This document shows, piece by piece, positions 44,697-55,993 of a stretch of 64,000 nucleotides of DNA (position 1 is its first letter; each line of letters begins with the position of its first letter). A model generated the notes under the pieces. The model ran no database searches and was not told where the DNA came from. It was given only the letters and a program-made list of their open reading frames with translations. A program made the translations under genes and the position numbers. Source of the DNA: a virus (Duplodnaviria > Caudoviricetes); IMG/VR virus record IMGVR_UViG_3300032301_000859, positions 1,306 through 65,305 of that record; one strand, 5' to 3'.

Positions 44697-47600
44697 ATGT
44701 ATTCAGGTTACAAATCATCCTCACACACCACCATTGGTGGTAATACCATTAGCACTAATGATGGTACAACCACACACAATTGGCAATTTGGTGTGGATGG
44801 TAGGCTAACATTTCCTGATTCCTCAGTTCAAACAACAGCATACACTGGACAATCAAGTGGCACCAGTGGAACCACAATAGGTGAAAGTGGCTACTCAGGT
44901 GAAAGTGGATTTTCAGGTATTAGTGGATTCAGCGGTGCAGCAGGTACAAGTGGCTTCTCAGGTATAAGTGGCTACTCAGGTATTAGTGGCTACTCAGGTA
45001 CAAGTGGCTACTCAGGTACAAGTGGTGTAAGTGGATTCTCAGGGAGTAACAGTGTTGTTGATGTGTTCAGACAGGATTTCCCGCCCGCAGCAAACAATGG
45101 CACATTGTGGTTCAACACAGCAGAAGGCAGAATGTACATCAAGTACACAGATGTGTGGGTGGATGCAAGTCCCCTAGTGATGCCACAGCCTGATCCTGAT
45201 CTAGATGTGAACAGCGTGACATTTGCAGATGCTAGTGTGCAAACCACAGCATTTGTGGGCACAGCAGTGGTGGACAGATTGACAAATGGAACTAGAGAAG
45301 TTGTGCTAAACAGTGCGGGGGATTTGCTGAGTTCCAACGACATTATCACTGTGCAGGGTGGCAGATTTGTAAAAGATTGTGGTGATAGTGGTAGCACAAC
45401 CAGCATGAGGTGGATCAATATACCTGATGATCAAGAAGTGGAAATAATCCGTATCTTCACTGGTGATCCTGCGGGAGTGGGGGATGCTGAAAGATTACAG
45501 CTAGCTGTGGAGTGGCAAACAGCCACACAAAGTGGCCTGAGCATCACCGCATTTGATCGCACAGCTGGTGCTATTCAACACACCTGGGAATTTCGGGGAG
45601 ATGGTGCCACCATATTTCCCACACTTACTGTGCCCATAAGCGATAACGCTAATCCCAACGGCACTGGACAAACATTAAAATTTAGTGACCCCACACAGCA
45701 AGCAATCATTTTTGGACCAGAAAGCACTTCGGCCAACAACACTGCGGAACGTATCATCATCCAAGGTGCTCCTGGCTTCACAGGCACCACTGGTGAAGGT
45801 GGGGATGTGTATTTGTGGGCTGGTCCAGGTGGCAGCACCAATGGCGGCGGTGGAGACATCAAGGTGCGTGCTGGTCAAGGCACCGGTACTGGATCTGGAG
45901 GTTATTTGAACTTTCAAGCAGGTGACAGTGGCACAGGCGCTGGTGGATACATCAATATTGAAAGTGGTGAAAGTGCAACTACTGGCTCAGGTGGTTATAT
46001 CAATATTAATGCACGCAATGGTGGTAACATCAATCTGTATGCGACCCAAACAGGCACAATTGCTCTACACACTGACAGCAGTGATTGGACATTTGGTGCC
46101 ACAGGACAAATGACCTTCCCAGAAGGCACTGTGCTGTCAGAATTTATTCAAGTGTCACCAGCTGTGAACACTTTTGGAATTTTCGCCAACACAGTGCCAG
46201 GCAGAAGCGTGACTGTGAGAACATCTCCTGGAGCCACCAATAAAGATTGGGTGTTTGGTGCAGATGGTAGCACAACTTTCCCAGATAACACCATACAAAA
46301 CGCCAACTTTTTAAATGTAACAACCAATTATGTGCCCCTGTACAGCAATCAGTTTAATGGCATTGCAAGTATAGCAATAGCTGATAGCCCCACTTTGAGA
46401 TTGGGTGATGCCACTGCATGGACCATTGAATCTTGGGTGTACATGACTGCCTATCCTGTGAGTGGTGCCATGACCATCATAGACAAAGACACTGTGGTGG
46501 GTGTAAACTATCAAACCTACATGTTAAATGTGGCCAACAATGGACGAGCAGCCATCTACACAGGATTTGGTGGTGGAGGCAACAATAATCCCACTGGCAA
46601 GAGTGTGGTAAGTTCAGTCAATCTACCTTTGAATGAGTGGGTGCATTTGGCCGCAGTATGGGATGGTGCAGACATGACCCTGTATCAGGGTGGTGTGAGC
46701 GTGGGCACAGTGGCAGCAGCCACCACACCCATCACAGGAGAGGGTGGAAGACCTGTTACTATTGGCAGATCAGATACAATCAATAGTTTTACTGGTAAGA
46801 TCAGCAATGTGCGCATTGTGAAGAACACTGCCGTTTACACTGGTGCATTTACTCCCAGTACTAGCCCACTCACATCAATTCCCAACACCAGTTTGTTGAC
46901 CTGTAATGCTTCTGCAATCAATGTGGGTACAAGTATTTCTGTCGTGATAATAAATGACAGTCCTTGGGGCGCATATAACGACAAGACTTGGGTATTTGGG
47001 ACAGATGGTACTTTAATAGTGCCAGGAGATATTGTGGACAGTGAAGGTGCCAGTTTAGTAATTGCCACACCAGATAACACATGGATTGTTGATCCAAGTA
47101 ATCTGGGAACTTACATAGCTGATGGCAGTTTACTCAGACCTTTTAAAACTATCACAGCGGCGCTAGCGTATATTGAAGCACTTATCGCAAACAATAGTTT
47201 AGTAATTGTTATAAACGGCAGTGTGGTTGAAAATCCCCAGTTTATTTCCTTACTCAGCGGTGTTACAGAAAACATAACATTAACTCGTGGAAATATCTTT
47301 ATCTGTGGCAATACTCCTAATGCTGGCCATGTGCCTATTTGGATAACCGGACATGTGACTATTACTCCTGCGGACAACGGAGTAAATGCCATAAACGTCA
47401 ATAGATTTGGTATGTTTAACATTGCAGTTAAAACGAATGAAGCATACCACAGTATTGAGATGAATGGCACTAATCCGTCCAAGCTGTATTTAGATGGTGT
47501 ATATTGCTATCAAGCAAATTCTACCAAGAGTTGTGTTTATACAGATAATACTGGTACTGGTAGTAGAGTAGAAATGACTGATTGCACCATGGCTAGAGCT

Positions 47601-48035
47601 AGTGGTTCTGTGTATCTAATAGACATTCAACGTGGATTTTGTAGTATAAACAATCTGGAAACCAACGGTATCGGACAAGTGCTTAATCAAGCAAACAATT
47701 CTACAGGTACTGTGATCAATAGTAAACTTGATGCGGACACAGGTGCTGTTGTCACCTTAAGTGGGACAGCACAATGGGGTATGGGTGTGTGTATTCTTAA
47801 CAACACTGGAGTAGGTGCTAATACCTATGGTATTACAATGAGTAACAATGCACTTATGCAATTTGGTGTATGCACATTTAACATACCTGTGGGAGATGGT
47901 TCTAATCGTGCTATTAATGGTACTGCTACCAACACAGTATTTTATTCAAGCCCAATATTTCAATATGGTTCAACCAACAAGATATCAACTGAGATTACAT
48001 TGATTCCGTTAGCTACAACGTTTTCGGCAGTATAA
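44697..48035 (+). CDS. Mosaic tail-fibre/structural protein with collagen-like G-x-S repeats and a LamG domain
   Basis: SGYSGESGFSGISG run; WTIESWV..W.HLAAV..F.GKISNVRI (LamG); repeated W.FG.DG..TFP modules. Confidence 0.8.
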   Translation: MYSGYKSSSHTTIGGNTISTNDGTTTHNWQFGVDGRLTFPDSSVQTTAYTGQSSGTSGTTIGESGYSGESGFSGISGFSGAAGTSGFSGISGYSGISGYSGTSGYSGTSGVSGFSGSNSVVDVFRQDFPPAANNGTLWFNTAEGRMYIKYTDVWVDASPLVMPQPDPDLDVNSVTFADASVQTTAFVGTAVVDRLTNGTREVVLNSAGDLLSSNDIITVQGGRFVKDCGDSGSTTSMRWINIPDDQEVEIIRIFTGDPAGVGDAERLQLAVEWQTATQSGLSITAFDRTAGAIQHTWEFRGDGATIFPTLTVPISDNANPNGTGQTLKFSDPTQQAIIFGPESTSANNTAERIIIQGAPGFTGTTGEGGDVYLWAGPGGSTNGGGGDIKVRAGQGTGTGSGGYLNFQAGDSGTGAGGYINIESGESATTGSGGYININARNGGNINLYATQTGTIALHTDSSDWTFGATGQMTFPEGTVLSEFIQVSPAVNTFGIFANTVPGRSVTVRTSPGATNKDWVFGADGSTTFPDNTIQNANFLNVTTNYVPLYSNQFNGIASIAIADSPTLRLGDATAWTIESWVYMTAYPVSGAMTIIDKDTVVGVNYQTYMLNVANNGRAAIYTGFGGGGNNNPTGKSVVSSVNLPLNEWVHLAAVWDGADMTLYQGGVSVGTVAAATTPITGEGGRPVTIGRSDTINSFTGKISNVRIVKNTAVYTGAFTPSTSPLTSIPNTSLLTCNASAINVGTSISVVIINDSPWGAYNDKTWVFGTDGTLIVPGDIVDSEGASLVIATPDNTWIVDPSNLGTYIADGSLLRPFKTITAALAYIEALIANNSLVIVINGSVVENPQFISLLSGVTENITLTRGNIFICGNTPNAGHVPIWITGHVTITPADNGVNAINVNRFGMFNIAVKTNEAYHSIEMNGTNPSKLYLDGVYCYQANSTKSCVYTDNTGTGSRVEMTDCTMARASGSVYLIDIQRGFCSINNLETNGIGQVLNQANNSTGTVINSKLDADTGAVVTLSGTAQWGMGVCILNNTGVGANTYGITMSNNALMQFGVCTFNIPVGDGSNRAINGTATNTVFYSSPIFQYGSTNKISTEITLIPLATTFSAV

Positions 48036-48066
48036 TCAATAGTAATAAATATGAATAGGACATAAC

Positions 48067-48270
48067 ATGGCAATCACATTTCCCGCAAATCCTGAAACAG
48101 GACAAGAATACGTGGCAGACAACACTGTCACATATCAGTGGACTGGCACCCTGTGGAGCACACTGGTGCCCTGGGACAACAGGCAGTCAGTGTACGTGGC
48201 CGAGGGCGGAGGTGCTGATCAGACATTCAATGAAAATTTCGACAACATCTTAGATGGGGGCACAGCCTAA
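48067..48270 (+). CDS. Small fibre-associated structural protein
   Basis: MAITFPANP..GQ.Y...Y.W.G..W; ends DGG. Confidence 0.7.
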   Translation: MAITFPANPETGQEYVADNTVTYQWTGTLWSTLVPWDNRQSVYVAEGGGADQTFNENFDNILDGGTA

Positions 48271-48271
48271 C

Positions 48272-51200
48272 ATGACAACAAGAATTAAACTGCGCAGAGA
48301 TACTGCACAAAACTGGACCACCAGTAACCCTATCTTGGCTTTGGGTGAACCAGGTTTGGAAACAGACACTGGCCAGATCAAATATGGTGACGGTGTGACT
48401 CGTTGGGTTGATCTTGCATATGCAGGAGCCAATGCCTTGAGCAACGTGGGTGCAATCACTGTGGAAACGGGTGATGCAGACCGTTGGTTTGTGCGTTTGC
48501 GCAGAGAAGACGGCACACAGAATCCAGATCAGGAAGGTGTTGTGGTCTTTAGTACCAACTATGACCAGTCAGGCAATGTGATTGCGGTGGCCGCACTTCA
48601 GCTGGACAATTACGGTGTGGCAGTATTCAAATTTACTCCTGCAGGGGAATTGGTTTGGAAGAAAAGCTTGGATGCTGTGGACAGCTCATACTATGTGACC
48701 AGTAATGCACTTGTGGATGGTGACAATAACATCATTTGTGCGCTGGCTCAAGAAAACGATGTGGCTGTGATTGTGAAAATCAACGGCACTACTGGTGCTG
48801 TGTTATTCAGTGAGCGTGTGGATTTCAACACAGGATACACACTCACAAGCATTGCTGTGGACAGTGGAAACAACATCATAATTGGTGGTTACTTCTATTT
48901 TGCATCAGCTAATACAGCATTTGTGGCTAAACTGAATCCCACTGCCACCAGCATCCTTTGGCAAAAGTCATTGACTGGAGACAACAGTGAATCCTACATC
49001 AACTCTTTGGTTGTGGATTTCAATGATGCCATAATTGTGGCAGGCAGCGCACAGTATGTGCACACAGTTGACGGGCAACCTGTCACAGATTACACCATGT
49101 TGGTGGCCAAGCTCACCAGCACAGGCACACTCAGTTGGCAGAAGACTGTTGCACTTGAAGCAATTAATGAAGGCATGGCGTCAGGCATAAGTGTGGACAG
49201 TGTGGGCAATGTGTATGTGACTGGCACTTATTATGTGGATAATCCTGGTATTTTCCAACCCTGGACCAGCAGTCTTAAAACAAATGCTGCTGTGATATTC
49301 AAAATGAGCACACTGGGGGCCATAGTTTGGGATCGCAGAGTGGGTCCTGGAGAATGTAACTGGGTGGGTATTAGCTCCGCGGTGGGCGATGATGGTGACC
49401 TGTATGTGTATGCTAGCACTTATCAACTAAATCCCGCAGGTATTGTGGACATCAACAACGGTGTGTGGAATGCTACAATGGCTTTGGCCAGATATAACAA
49501 GCTGACTGGTGCTGTGATTTGGCAAAGATATTTTGACAATCCACACGCACAAGAATTTCCAGCAATGTATGACTCTGCACCTTGGGGAGGACTGGCTTCA
49601 GATTTGATGAGTGTGCAAGGTGACAAGATTCTGATTGGTGGTGCTGTGAGATTGGGTGAAAGCGATGCAGATCAGCAAGCACCCTGGGGCAATTATCGTT
49701 ACTTTAACCAAGGTTTCGTTGCACAATTTGACACAGATGCCACGCTCTGGTCAGCTGAGGGTTGGAGTTTGAAGCCCAGCCGTATTCCAGGTAAATTGAC
49801 CAACACATTGGTGGCCCTCTCAGGTCCCTTGCAACTACAAAACGATATTGCTATCACCGCAGACGGTTCAGCAAACGTGCCTTCACTCAATGTGGGTGTG
49901 AGCGTGAGACGTGCTAGCAGCAAGGTGAACACCTGGACATTTGGCAAAGACGGCACATTAACCAATCCTGCAGACAGCAACATCAAGCTGCAACAGACCC
50001 AGTTGGGTTATGCCACCATGTATGGATTGTGGACCAATAATACCAATGACATCTGGTATGAGTGTGTGTGCCACGACGCAGAAGGGTATGCTTATGCAGT
50101 GAGCAGTAATAACTGGCTCAGCAACAGAGCTCACATTCACAAGTATACACCAGAAGGTCAAGTGGTTTGGACCAGACAATTGTTTAGTGGCAGTGGTGCT
50201 TCGTTCGATGTGACTGTCACAGACGGTGTGTACACTGCTGCGGTTGTGGACACAGGTGGAGAGGGCTATAAGGTGGGGGACCGAATCATTCTGAGCGGGT
50301 CAGACCTGGGTGGTAATAACACTAACTCCCTCACGTTACAAGTGGCCACCATCACCAATGTGACTGATTTTATTGGTGAAGTTGCCACAGTCACCATTGA
50401 GTCGGGCACAGCAAATCCCAGTTTGACAGGTGTGAATAATTATTTTGATATAGGGGACTTTAACGACAACGCTAAGTGTGATGTTAAGAGCATGGCATTG
50501 GATCCTGTGTCTGGAAATATTGTGTTGGTTGTCACAACACCCACTACTCTGGCTGATGTGAACTTTGATTCTGATTGGACAGAAACAGTTGCATTGATAA
50601 TTGACAATGGTTCAGGCACCGTTATCAGCACAACCACACTCACAGACGAAGGCGACCTCTACGCTTATGATGTTTCTGTTAGTGCCACTGGTAAGGTGGC
50701 AATTGTGGGAGAAAAGTTTAACGAGTATAATGAATATGGTGCTGTGACCCCCTTGGCGGGCAGCGGAGTTGACCAGCTGCGAGTTATTAAATCAGACATT
50801 GATGCAGAACACTTCCCAGGAGATGGTTTCAGCCAAATTAGTGATTGGTGGATCACAGGCAGTGCAATACTAGATCAAGTGCAAGTGACAAGTGTTAATT
50901 CATACACTAACTTGACTGGCACATTGACTCGCCCAGGTTCAGGTGCAGTGTTCAGTGTGGATGTTGTGGGCACTTCATATACCACAATCAATGCCACTAA
51001 CGCAGGATCTGCATATTTGGCAGGACAAAAGTTCAAGATCACTGGCGACTTGTTGGGTGGCACAACCCCCACAAACGATTTAACATTTACTGTGGGAGTG
51101 GATGGTAGCGGCAGCATAAATCTTGTTGTGAATCCCACAGGAACTGCCACAGGTGCTGATCAAACTTACACCCTACTCTCAGGCACCAAAGTAAACGGCA

Positions 51201-52852
51201 CCGGCGCTTCATTCAACATAAACTTCAATGCTATTACTGGTGCACTTGAAACAGGAAATGTGAACACAGCAGGCCAAGACTACTTGGTGGGAGATGTGAT
51301 CACTGTGCCAGGCACAAGTTTGGCAGGGGGAACTGTGCCCACAAACAACATCACAGTCACTATTACTGATGTGAATGGCACACAAGTTGCTAATCCACAA
51401 ACATTCAGTGGCACAACTGCATCCACGCACTTGTTGATAAACACTGATGACACAGTGGACTTTGCAGCAGTGGGAGACACATTTGGGATCAGGCAGAATG
51501 TGGGCGGCGAAGCATTTGTTTGGACTCCAGACTTTAACAAGGCTATTGGCGGTCCCACCGGTGATTGGTTTAGTGGCGTCACATGGAACGCTGCAGGCAC
51601 AAATTTGTATGCTGTGGGTTCTGGACGCTACGAGGTCAACTATTATCAAGCTTTGGTGGTCAAGTATTCCAGCACTGGCACACTTGTGGAGAGCAAGTAT
51701 ATTAACAACAACATGGGTGACAACGGTGCTGACAGTGGTGCAGTGGCTCTCATGGCCAACGATGCCATTGTGGTTGTTTATGACATGTACAACACTTACA
51801 GAGATGAGACTAACGAGGTATTGGTAACAAAATTGGACAGCAATCTGAACATCATATGGCAACAGTTTATTGGTGTGGAGAGTACTGATGGTTGGGTAAG
51901 CCCTAACAGTAACATCAGTGTGGCAGTTGATCCTGCAAGTGATGAAATCCTGATTGCCTGGTACACTACAGATTATAGTGATTTATTTGATGATGATGCC
52001 GTTCACATGATCAAACTGGACACAGATGGTGAAGTGCTCTGGAAGAGAATGTTTGGTATTCACGAAAGCGACACTCGCATGTGCTATAATGGTTGGGGCA
52101 ACAAAGCTCTCAGCATACATGGTGATCAGTTCACTTTGGTGGGTTATACTGACGGTGCAGACGATGACACTGATAATGCCTTCATAGTCACATTACCTTT
52201 GGATGGCACAGGTGTAGGCGAACATGGTCTTTGGACTTATGTGGAACCCAACGATGACAGAATCAAAGTTTGGAGACTTTCTGGCAGAACCAGCGTCACA
52301 TTCACTCCCACTGTGCACACAAATGGCATCACAGCCACACCCAACATCAAGTATTACTACACCAATTATCCACAAGAAGAATTCACATTTTATCCTGTGG
52401 ATATCCGTAGTGAGGAAGGTGGTGCTATTGAGTTTGCTGATGGTAGTAAACAGACATTCAGCACTGCTATTGTGCCACAAGTTAAAATCAGTGCTGGTAG
52501 GTATACCTTGAGACCAGAAGATTCAGGTAGACACATCCTTATTGAAGCTAGCAACTATTCTGTGATTATCCCCAACTGGCAATCAGTAACCTTGCCAGTG
52601 GGATATACTGTGAGTATTGTGAACATCAGCAACAGTGATGCTTATGTGACAAACGAGTCTTCTAACAATCTGAGAGGTGAAATATGGTTGAGCAATGGTG
52701 ATATGAAGACTCCTGCTATTGGATTCTCGGATACCGGTTCAGGACAGATGATCACCCTGATCAAGATCAAAGAAGGCACTGAATCAGATGATGCTGAGAA
52801 CCACGGCGATATCTGGATGGTGGCTGCTGCTGACTACTACAACAACGATTAA
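48272..52852 (+). CDS. Large virion protein: Mtd_N-like N-terminus, beta-propeller repeats and inserted beta modules
   Basis: IKLRRDTAQNW...NP.LA.GEPG.ETDT...KYGDG; repeated V.K....G.L.W.K blades. Confidence 0.82.
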   Translation: MTTRIKLRRDTAQNWTTSNPILALGEPGLETDTGQIKYGDGVTRWVDLAYAGANALSNVGAITVETGDADRWFVRLRREDGTQNPDQEGVVVFSTNYDQSGNVIAVAALQLDNYGVAVFKFTPAGELVWKKSLDAVDSSYYVTSNALVDGDNNIICALAQENDVAVIVKINGTTGAVLFSERVDFNTGYTLTSIAVDSGNNIIIGGYFYFASANTAFVAKLNPTATSILWQKSLTGDNSESYINSLVVDFNDAIIVAGSAQYVHTVDGQPVTDYTMLVAKLTSTGTLSWQKTVALEAINEGMASGISVDSVGNVYVTGTYYVDNPGIFQPWTSSLKTNAAVIFKMSTLGAIVWDRRVGPGECNWVGISSAVGDDGDLYVYASTYQLNPAGIVDINNGVWNATMALARYNKLTGAVIWQRYFDNPHAQEFPAMYDSAPWGGLASDLMSVQGDKILIGGAVRLGESDADQQAPWGNYRYFNQGFVAQFDTDATLWSAEGWSLKPSRIPGKLTNTLVALSGPLQLQNDIAITADGSANVPSLNVGVSVRRASSKVNTWTFGKDGTLTNPADSNIKLQQTQLGYATMYGLWTNNTNDIWYECVCHDAEGYAYAVSSNNWLSNRAHIHKYTPEGQVVWTRQLFSGSGASFDVTVTDGVYTAAVVDTGGEGYKVGDRIILSGSDLGGNNTNSLTLQVATITNVTDFIGEVATVTIESGTANPSLTGVNNYFDIGDFNDNAKCDVKSMALDPVSGNIVLVVTTPTTLADVNFDSDWTETVALIIDNGSGTVISTTTLTDEGDLYAYDVSVSATGKVAIVGEKFNEYNEYGAVTPLAGSGVDQLRVIKSDIDAEHFPGDGFSQISDWWITGSAILDQVQVTSVNSYTNLTGTLTRPGSGAVFSVDVVGTSYTTINATNAGSAYLAGQKFKITGDLLGGTTPTNDLTFTVGVDGSGSINLVVNPTGTATGADQTYTLLSGTKVNGTGASFNINFNAITGALETGNVNTAGQDYLVGDVITVPGTSLAGGTVPTNNITVTITDVNGTQVANPQTFSGTTASTHLLINTDDTVDFAAVGDTFGIRQNVGGEAFVWTPDFNKAIGGPTGDWFSGVTWNAAGTNLYAVGSGRYEVNYYQALVVKYSSTGTLVESKYINNNMGDNGADSGAVALMANDAIVVVYDMYNTYRDETNEVLVTKLDSNLNIIWQQFIGVESTDGWVSPNSNISVAVDPASDEILIAWYTTDYSDLFDDDAVHMIKLDTDGEVLWKRMFGIHESDTRMCYNGWGNKALSIHGDQFTLVGYTDGADDDTDNAFIVTLPLDGTGVGEHGLWTYVEPNDDRIKVWRLSGRTSVTFTPTVHTNGITATPNIKYYYTNYPQEEFTFYPVDIRSEEGGAIEFADGSKQTFSTAIVPQVKISAGRYTLRPEDSGRHILIEASNYSVIIPNWQSVTLPVGYTVSIVNISNSDAYVTNESSNNLRGEIWLSNGDMKTPAIGFSDTGSGQMITLIKIKEGTESDDAENHGDIWMVAAADYYNND

Positions 52853-52861
52853 GGATCCACA

Positions 52862-55531
52862 ATGAGCATTATGCTAACATTAATAGGTGCTGTTGTCAGT
52901 AGTGGCAGTGGTGCTCCTCCGACTCCCACTTATACACTGACGCCAGCGGCCAACAATGTCAATGAAGGTAGTAGTTTGACGTTTACAGTGGGTGGCACTA
53001 ACATTGTTGACGGAACTTATTATTGGACTATAGAAACTGGCAGTGTTGAGTTTGGCACACAAAGTGGAACGGTTAGTGTTACAAGTAATAGTGGCACATT
53101 CTCAGTAACACCTGATGCTGATGCTACCACTGAAGGCTCAGAGTTATTCACAGTTAGCCTTCGTTCCAGTAGTATTAGCGGCACAATATTAGCAACTAGC
53201 GCGGACGTTACTATCAATGACACAAGTCTGGATCCTACATCAACTTATGAAATTACACCAACGGCCGACAATGTTGATGAAGGTAGTAGTTTAGAATTCA
53301 CAGTTAGTGGAACTAATATACCAGATGGAACCTATTACTGGATTGTGACTAACAGTGGTGATTTTGGCACGAGCAGTGGCGAAGTAGAAATTACCAGCGA
53401 CGCAGGATCTTTTACCGTAACGCCTACCGCTGACGAAAACACCGAAGGTAGTGAAACATTTACAGTTCAACTTCGTTCAGGCAGTATTAATGGTACATTG
53501 TTAGCGACCAGCGAAACAGTTTATATCAATGATACCAGTCTAACACCAGTTCCACCATTCAGTATGGCGTTTACAGGTGCTCGTAGATTAGCGGTGGGAG
53601 GTAATCCAAGCGATTGGAACTTGGGTACAACCTGGACACTGGAGTGGTGGTCCAAGACTACAACTCCAAGTACCAGTGTGAGAACTGTAATGGGGCAAGC
53701 ACCTTCAGCAGGTAGTATTGATGTATACTACCAAAACGGAAACGGCTTGGCAATGAGTAATGGTACAGCACTCGCGGCTGAACCCCCAGTGGGCGGAGTG
53801 CCATTTGGTGATGTTACTAAAACAAGCGATAATCAAGGATGGGGCAACGATCAGGTTGGTAATAACTTAGCCACCTCAGGTGGAACAGGATCTGGACTTA
53901 CTGTGAATGTAGCTGATGGTGGCAGTGGTTATTCTAACATTGTTATAAACACACCAGGTAGTGGATATACCAACGGAGATGAGATAACTGTTACAAGTGT
54001 TGATGAATCTATAAGTGAAACATTTACTATCACAGCATCTGTACGTGGTATATGGACCCATGTGGCAATATCCAGTGATGAGGGATTGGTAACAGTCTAT
54101 TACAATGGTATTGAACAAAATGCAGCACAGAGAGATCTTTCATTGACTGATGCTAGCCTAGACCTTTACATTGGACGCCGTGGTAATAACAACTTCCAAT
54201 ACTTTGACGGTAACCTGGCTCTAATCAGAATCAGCGATACTGCCAAATATCCAGCAAACTTTAGCCCTTCAATATCCTATGGAGTTGAAGCAGATACTCA
54301 ACTGTTCTTGGGTCTAACTGATCCGTTCACTGATCTATCTCAATATGAGTTGAATGGCATTGACACCAGTGCGTATAATGGTGGTACATTGTATTTTTCT
54401 AAATCAACATATCCTAATTTAGATAAACAAGTTCAAGCAGGCAATACCGTAACAAAGGTTAGCGACTCCTCAACTTCAGTAACCACTGGAGCAGTGTTCA
54501 CAGCAGATCCTGATAATTGGGGAATAAATGTTTCACCTAGTATGGATGCAATTACAGTAAACTTTAGTGGTGCTAGACACACTATCACCAACACTGGTGT
54601 TGTGCGCACAAACGATGTTCCAAGTTTCCAAAGTTTACAGTTTAATAATCCTCAACAAGATTTCTTAATGGTGCCGGCCAGTTCAGACTGGAACTTGGAC
54701 AATAACTGGACCATAGAGTTCTGGATTAGATCTAATAATAATTCTGCTGATAACATCAATATTCCAGGCGGACAATGGGGCTTGATCAACCAAGGTGGTT
54801 GGTATTACGGTATGCCCAATGACAACTGTATATTAGTTGGGCTCGCTGCCGGTAACCTAACCATTAATCAAAGTGCTACTGATGCTATTGAATTTACCGA
54901 ACCCACAACACGAGTATGGACTCATATAGCCATTGTCAATAACGGTGGAGGCTCTGCACAGAAAGTATATTACAACGGTGTTGAGCAAGCAAAAGTTTCC
55001 GGCAGCTATACAACAAACGGCAAGACAAATACCTCTGATAATTTATATATTGGTCGACTTGCTCCGAACTACAACGGCTATTTTGATGGCAAAATGGCCA
55101 TGGTTAGAATCAGCAGCACAGCCAAGTATGCCGCGGCATTTACACATACAACAACTTATGGTGTTGAAGCAGATACTGTGTTGTTCTTGGGCAAAGTTAA
55201 TTCCTTAAATGACACTAGTGCCAGTGATCATGACCTTGCTAACAACGGTGTTACCACAAGCACAAGTTTCCCAGGCACATTTATTGGATTAGCACATCCT
55301 TACAGTGGTGGCACCTTTGGTACTACCTATTGTCTTGCAAATAATCCTAGATTCGCTGAGGCTGCGGCTATACCGATCGGTGCTAGAATAACCAGCAACA
55401 TAGCAGGCTTTGGTACTAGAACTGTGGTAGCCAGCGCCATCATAGGTAATGACAGAACCATATCATACGATTCTACTGGTTTAACTGGTGTCACCAGCAC
55501 TTCACATGTGTTTAACTTTTACTGGGACTAA
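52862..55531 (+). CDS. Virion structural/adhesin protein with two Calx-beta-like and two LamG domains
   Basis: Duplicated TP.A.NV.EGSSL.FTV.G.NI.DGTYYW..D..TEG.E.FTV.LR; two W.H.AI...YFDG..A..RIS. Confidence 0.82.
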   Translation: MSIMLTLIGAVVSSGSGAPPTPTYTLTPAANNVNEGSSLTFTVGGTNIVDGTYYWTIETGSVEFGTQSGTVSVTSNSGTFSVTPDADATTEGSELFTVSLRSSSISGTILATSADVTINDTSLDPTSTYEITPTADNVDEGSSLEFTVSGTNIPDGTYYWIVTNSGDFGTSSGEVEITSDAGSFTVTPTADENTEGSETFTVQLRSGSINGTLLATSETVYINDTSLTPVPPFSMAFTGARRLAVGGNPSDWNLGTTWTLEWWSKTTTPSTSVRTVMGQAPSAGSIDVYYQNGNGLAMSNGTALAAEPPVGGVPFGDVTKTSDNQGWGNDQVGNNLATSGGTGSGLTVNVADGGSGYSNIVINTPGSGYTNGDEITVTSVDESISETFTITASVRGIWTHVAISSDEGLVTVYYNGIEQNAAQRDLSLTDASLDLYIGRRGNNNFQYFDGNLALIRISDTAKYPANFSPSISYGVEADTQLFLGLTDPFTDLSQYELNGIDTSAYNGGTLYFSKSTYPNLDKQVQAGNTVTKVSDSSTSVTTGAVFTADPDNWGINVSPSMDAITVNFSGARHTITNTGVVRTNDVPSFQSLQFNNPQQDFLMVPASSDWNLDNNWTIEFWIRSNNNSADNINIPGGQWGLINQGGWYYGMPNDNCILVGLAAGNLTINQSATDAIEFTEPTTRVWTHIAIVNNGGGSAQKVYYNGVEQAKVSGSYTTNGKTNTSDNLYIGRLAPNYNGYFDGKMAMVRISSTAKYAAAFTHTTTYGVEADTVLFLGKVNSLNDTSASDHDLANNGVTTSTSFPGTFIGLAHPYSGGTFGTTYCLANNPRFAEAAAIPIGARITSNIAGFGTRTVVASAIIGNDRTISYDSTGLTGVTSTSHVFNFYWD

Positions 55532-55989
55532 TGTTTGAACACCGCAGTCTAGCAGTTGACGCATGCCTAGCAGAGCAAGTTGTCCGACTCTACAGAGATC
55601 TGGACAACGCTAGAGGGGGTGCTTATGGTACTTGGCACAGCCGTAGAATCCGCATCAACCCCTATCCATGGTTTGACGCTACATTTCTCAGAGTGGCAGC
55701 TAGCATATGTGACTTAACCATAGACGAATGGTGGTTTAACTGCGGTGAACCTGGTGATGAATACAGGTGGCACACTCACAACCCTTACAAATGGGCAGCG
55801 GTGCTCTACATCCAGATGCCTGAAAATGCAGGAGCCATAGAGTTCAAAAGGAAAGGGGAGTTTCAAGCCATCCTACCCAAGGCGGGAGATTTCCTGTTGT
55901 TTCCAGGTAATTTGGCCCATAGAGTGCATAAAAATCTAAGCACGTCACATAGAATAAGTGCAGCTTTCAATCTCAATCCCATTAAGTAG
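55531..55989 (+). CDS. 2OG-Fe(II) oxygenase
   Basis: WHTH..AAVLY...AG.I.F..FPG.L.HRV..RIS.AFN. Confidence 0.85.
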   Translation: MFEHRSLAVDACLAEQVVRLYRDLDNARGGAYGTWHSRRIRINPYPWFDATFLRVAASICDLTIDEWWFNCGEPGDEYRWHTHNPYKWAAVLYIQMPENAGAIEFKRKGEFQAILPKAGDFLLFPGNLAHRVHKNLSTSHRISAAFNLNPIK

Positions 55990-55993
55990 TAGC

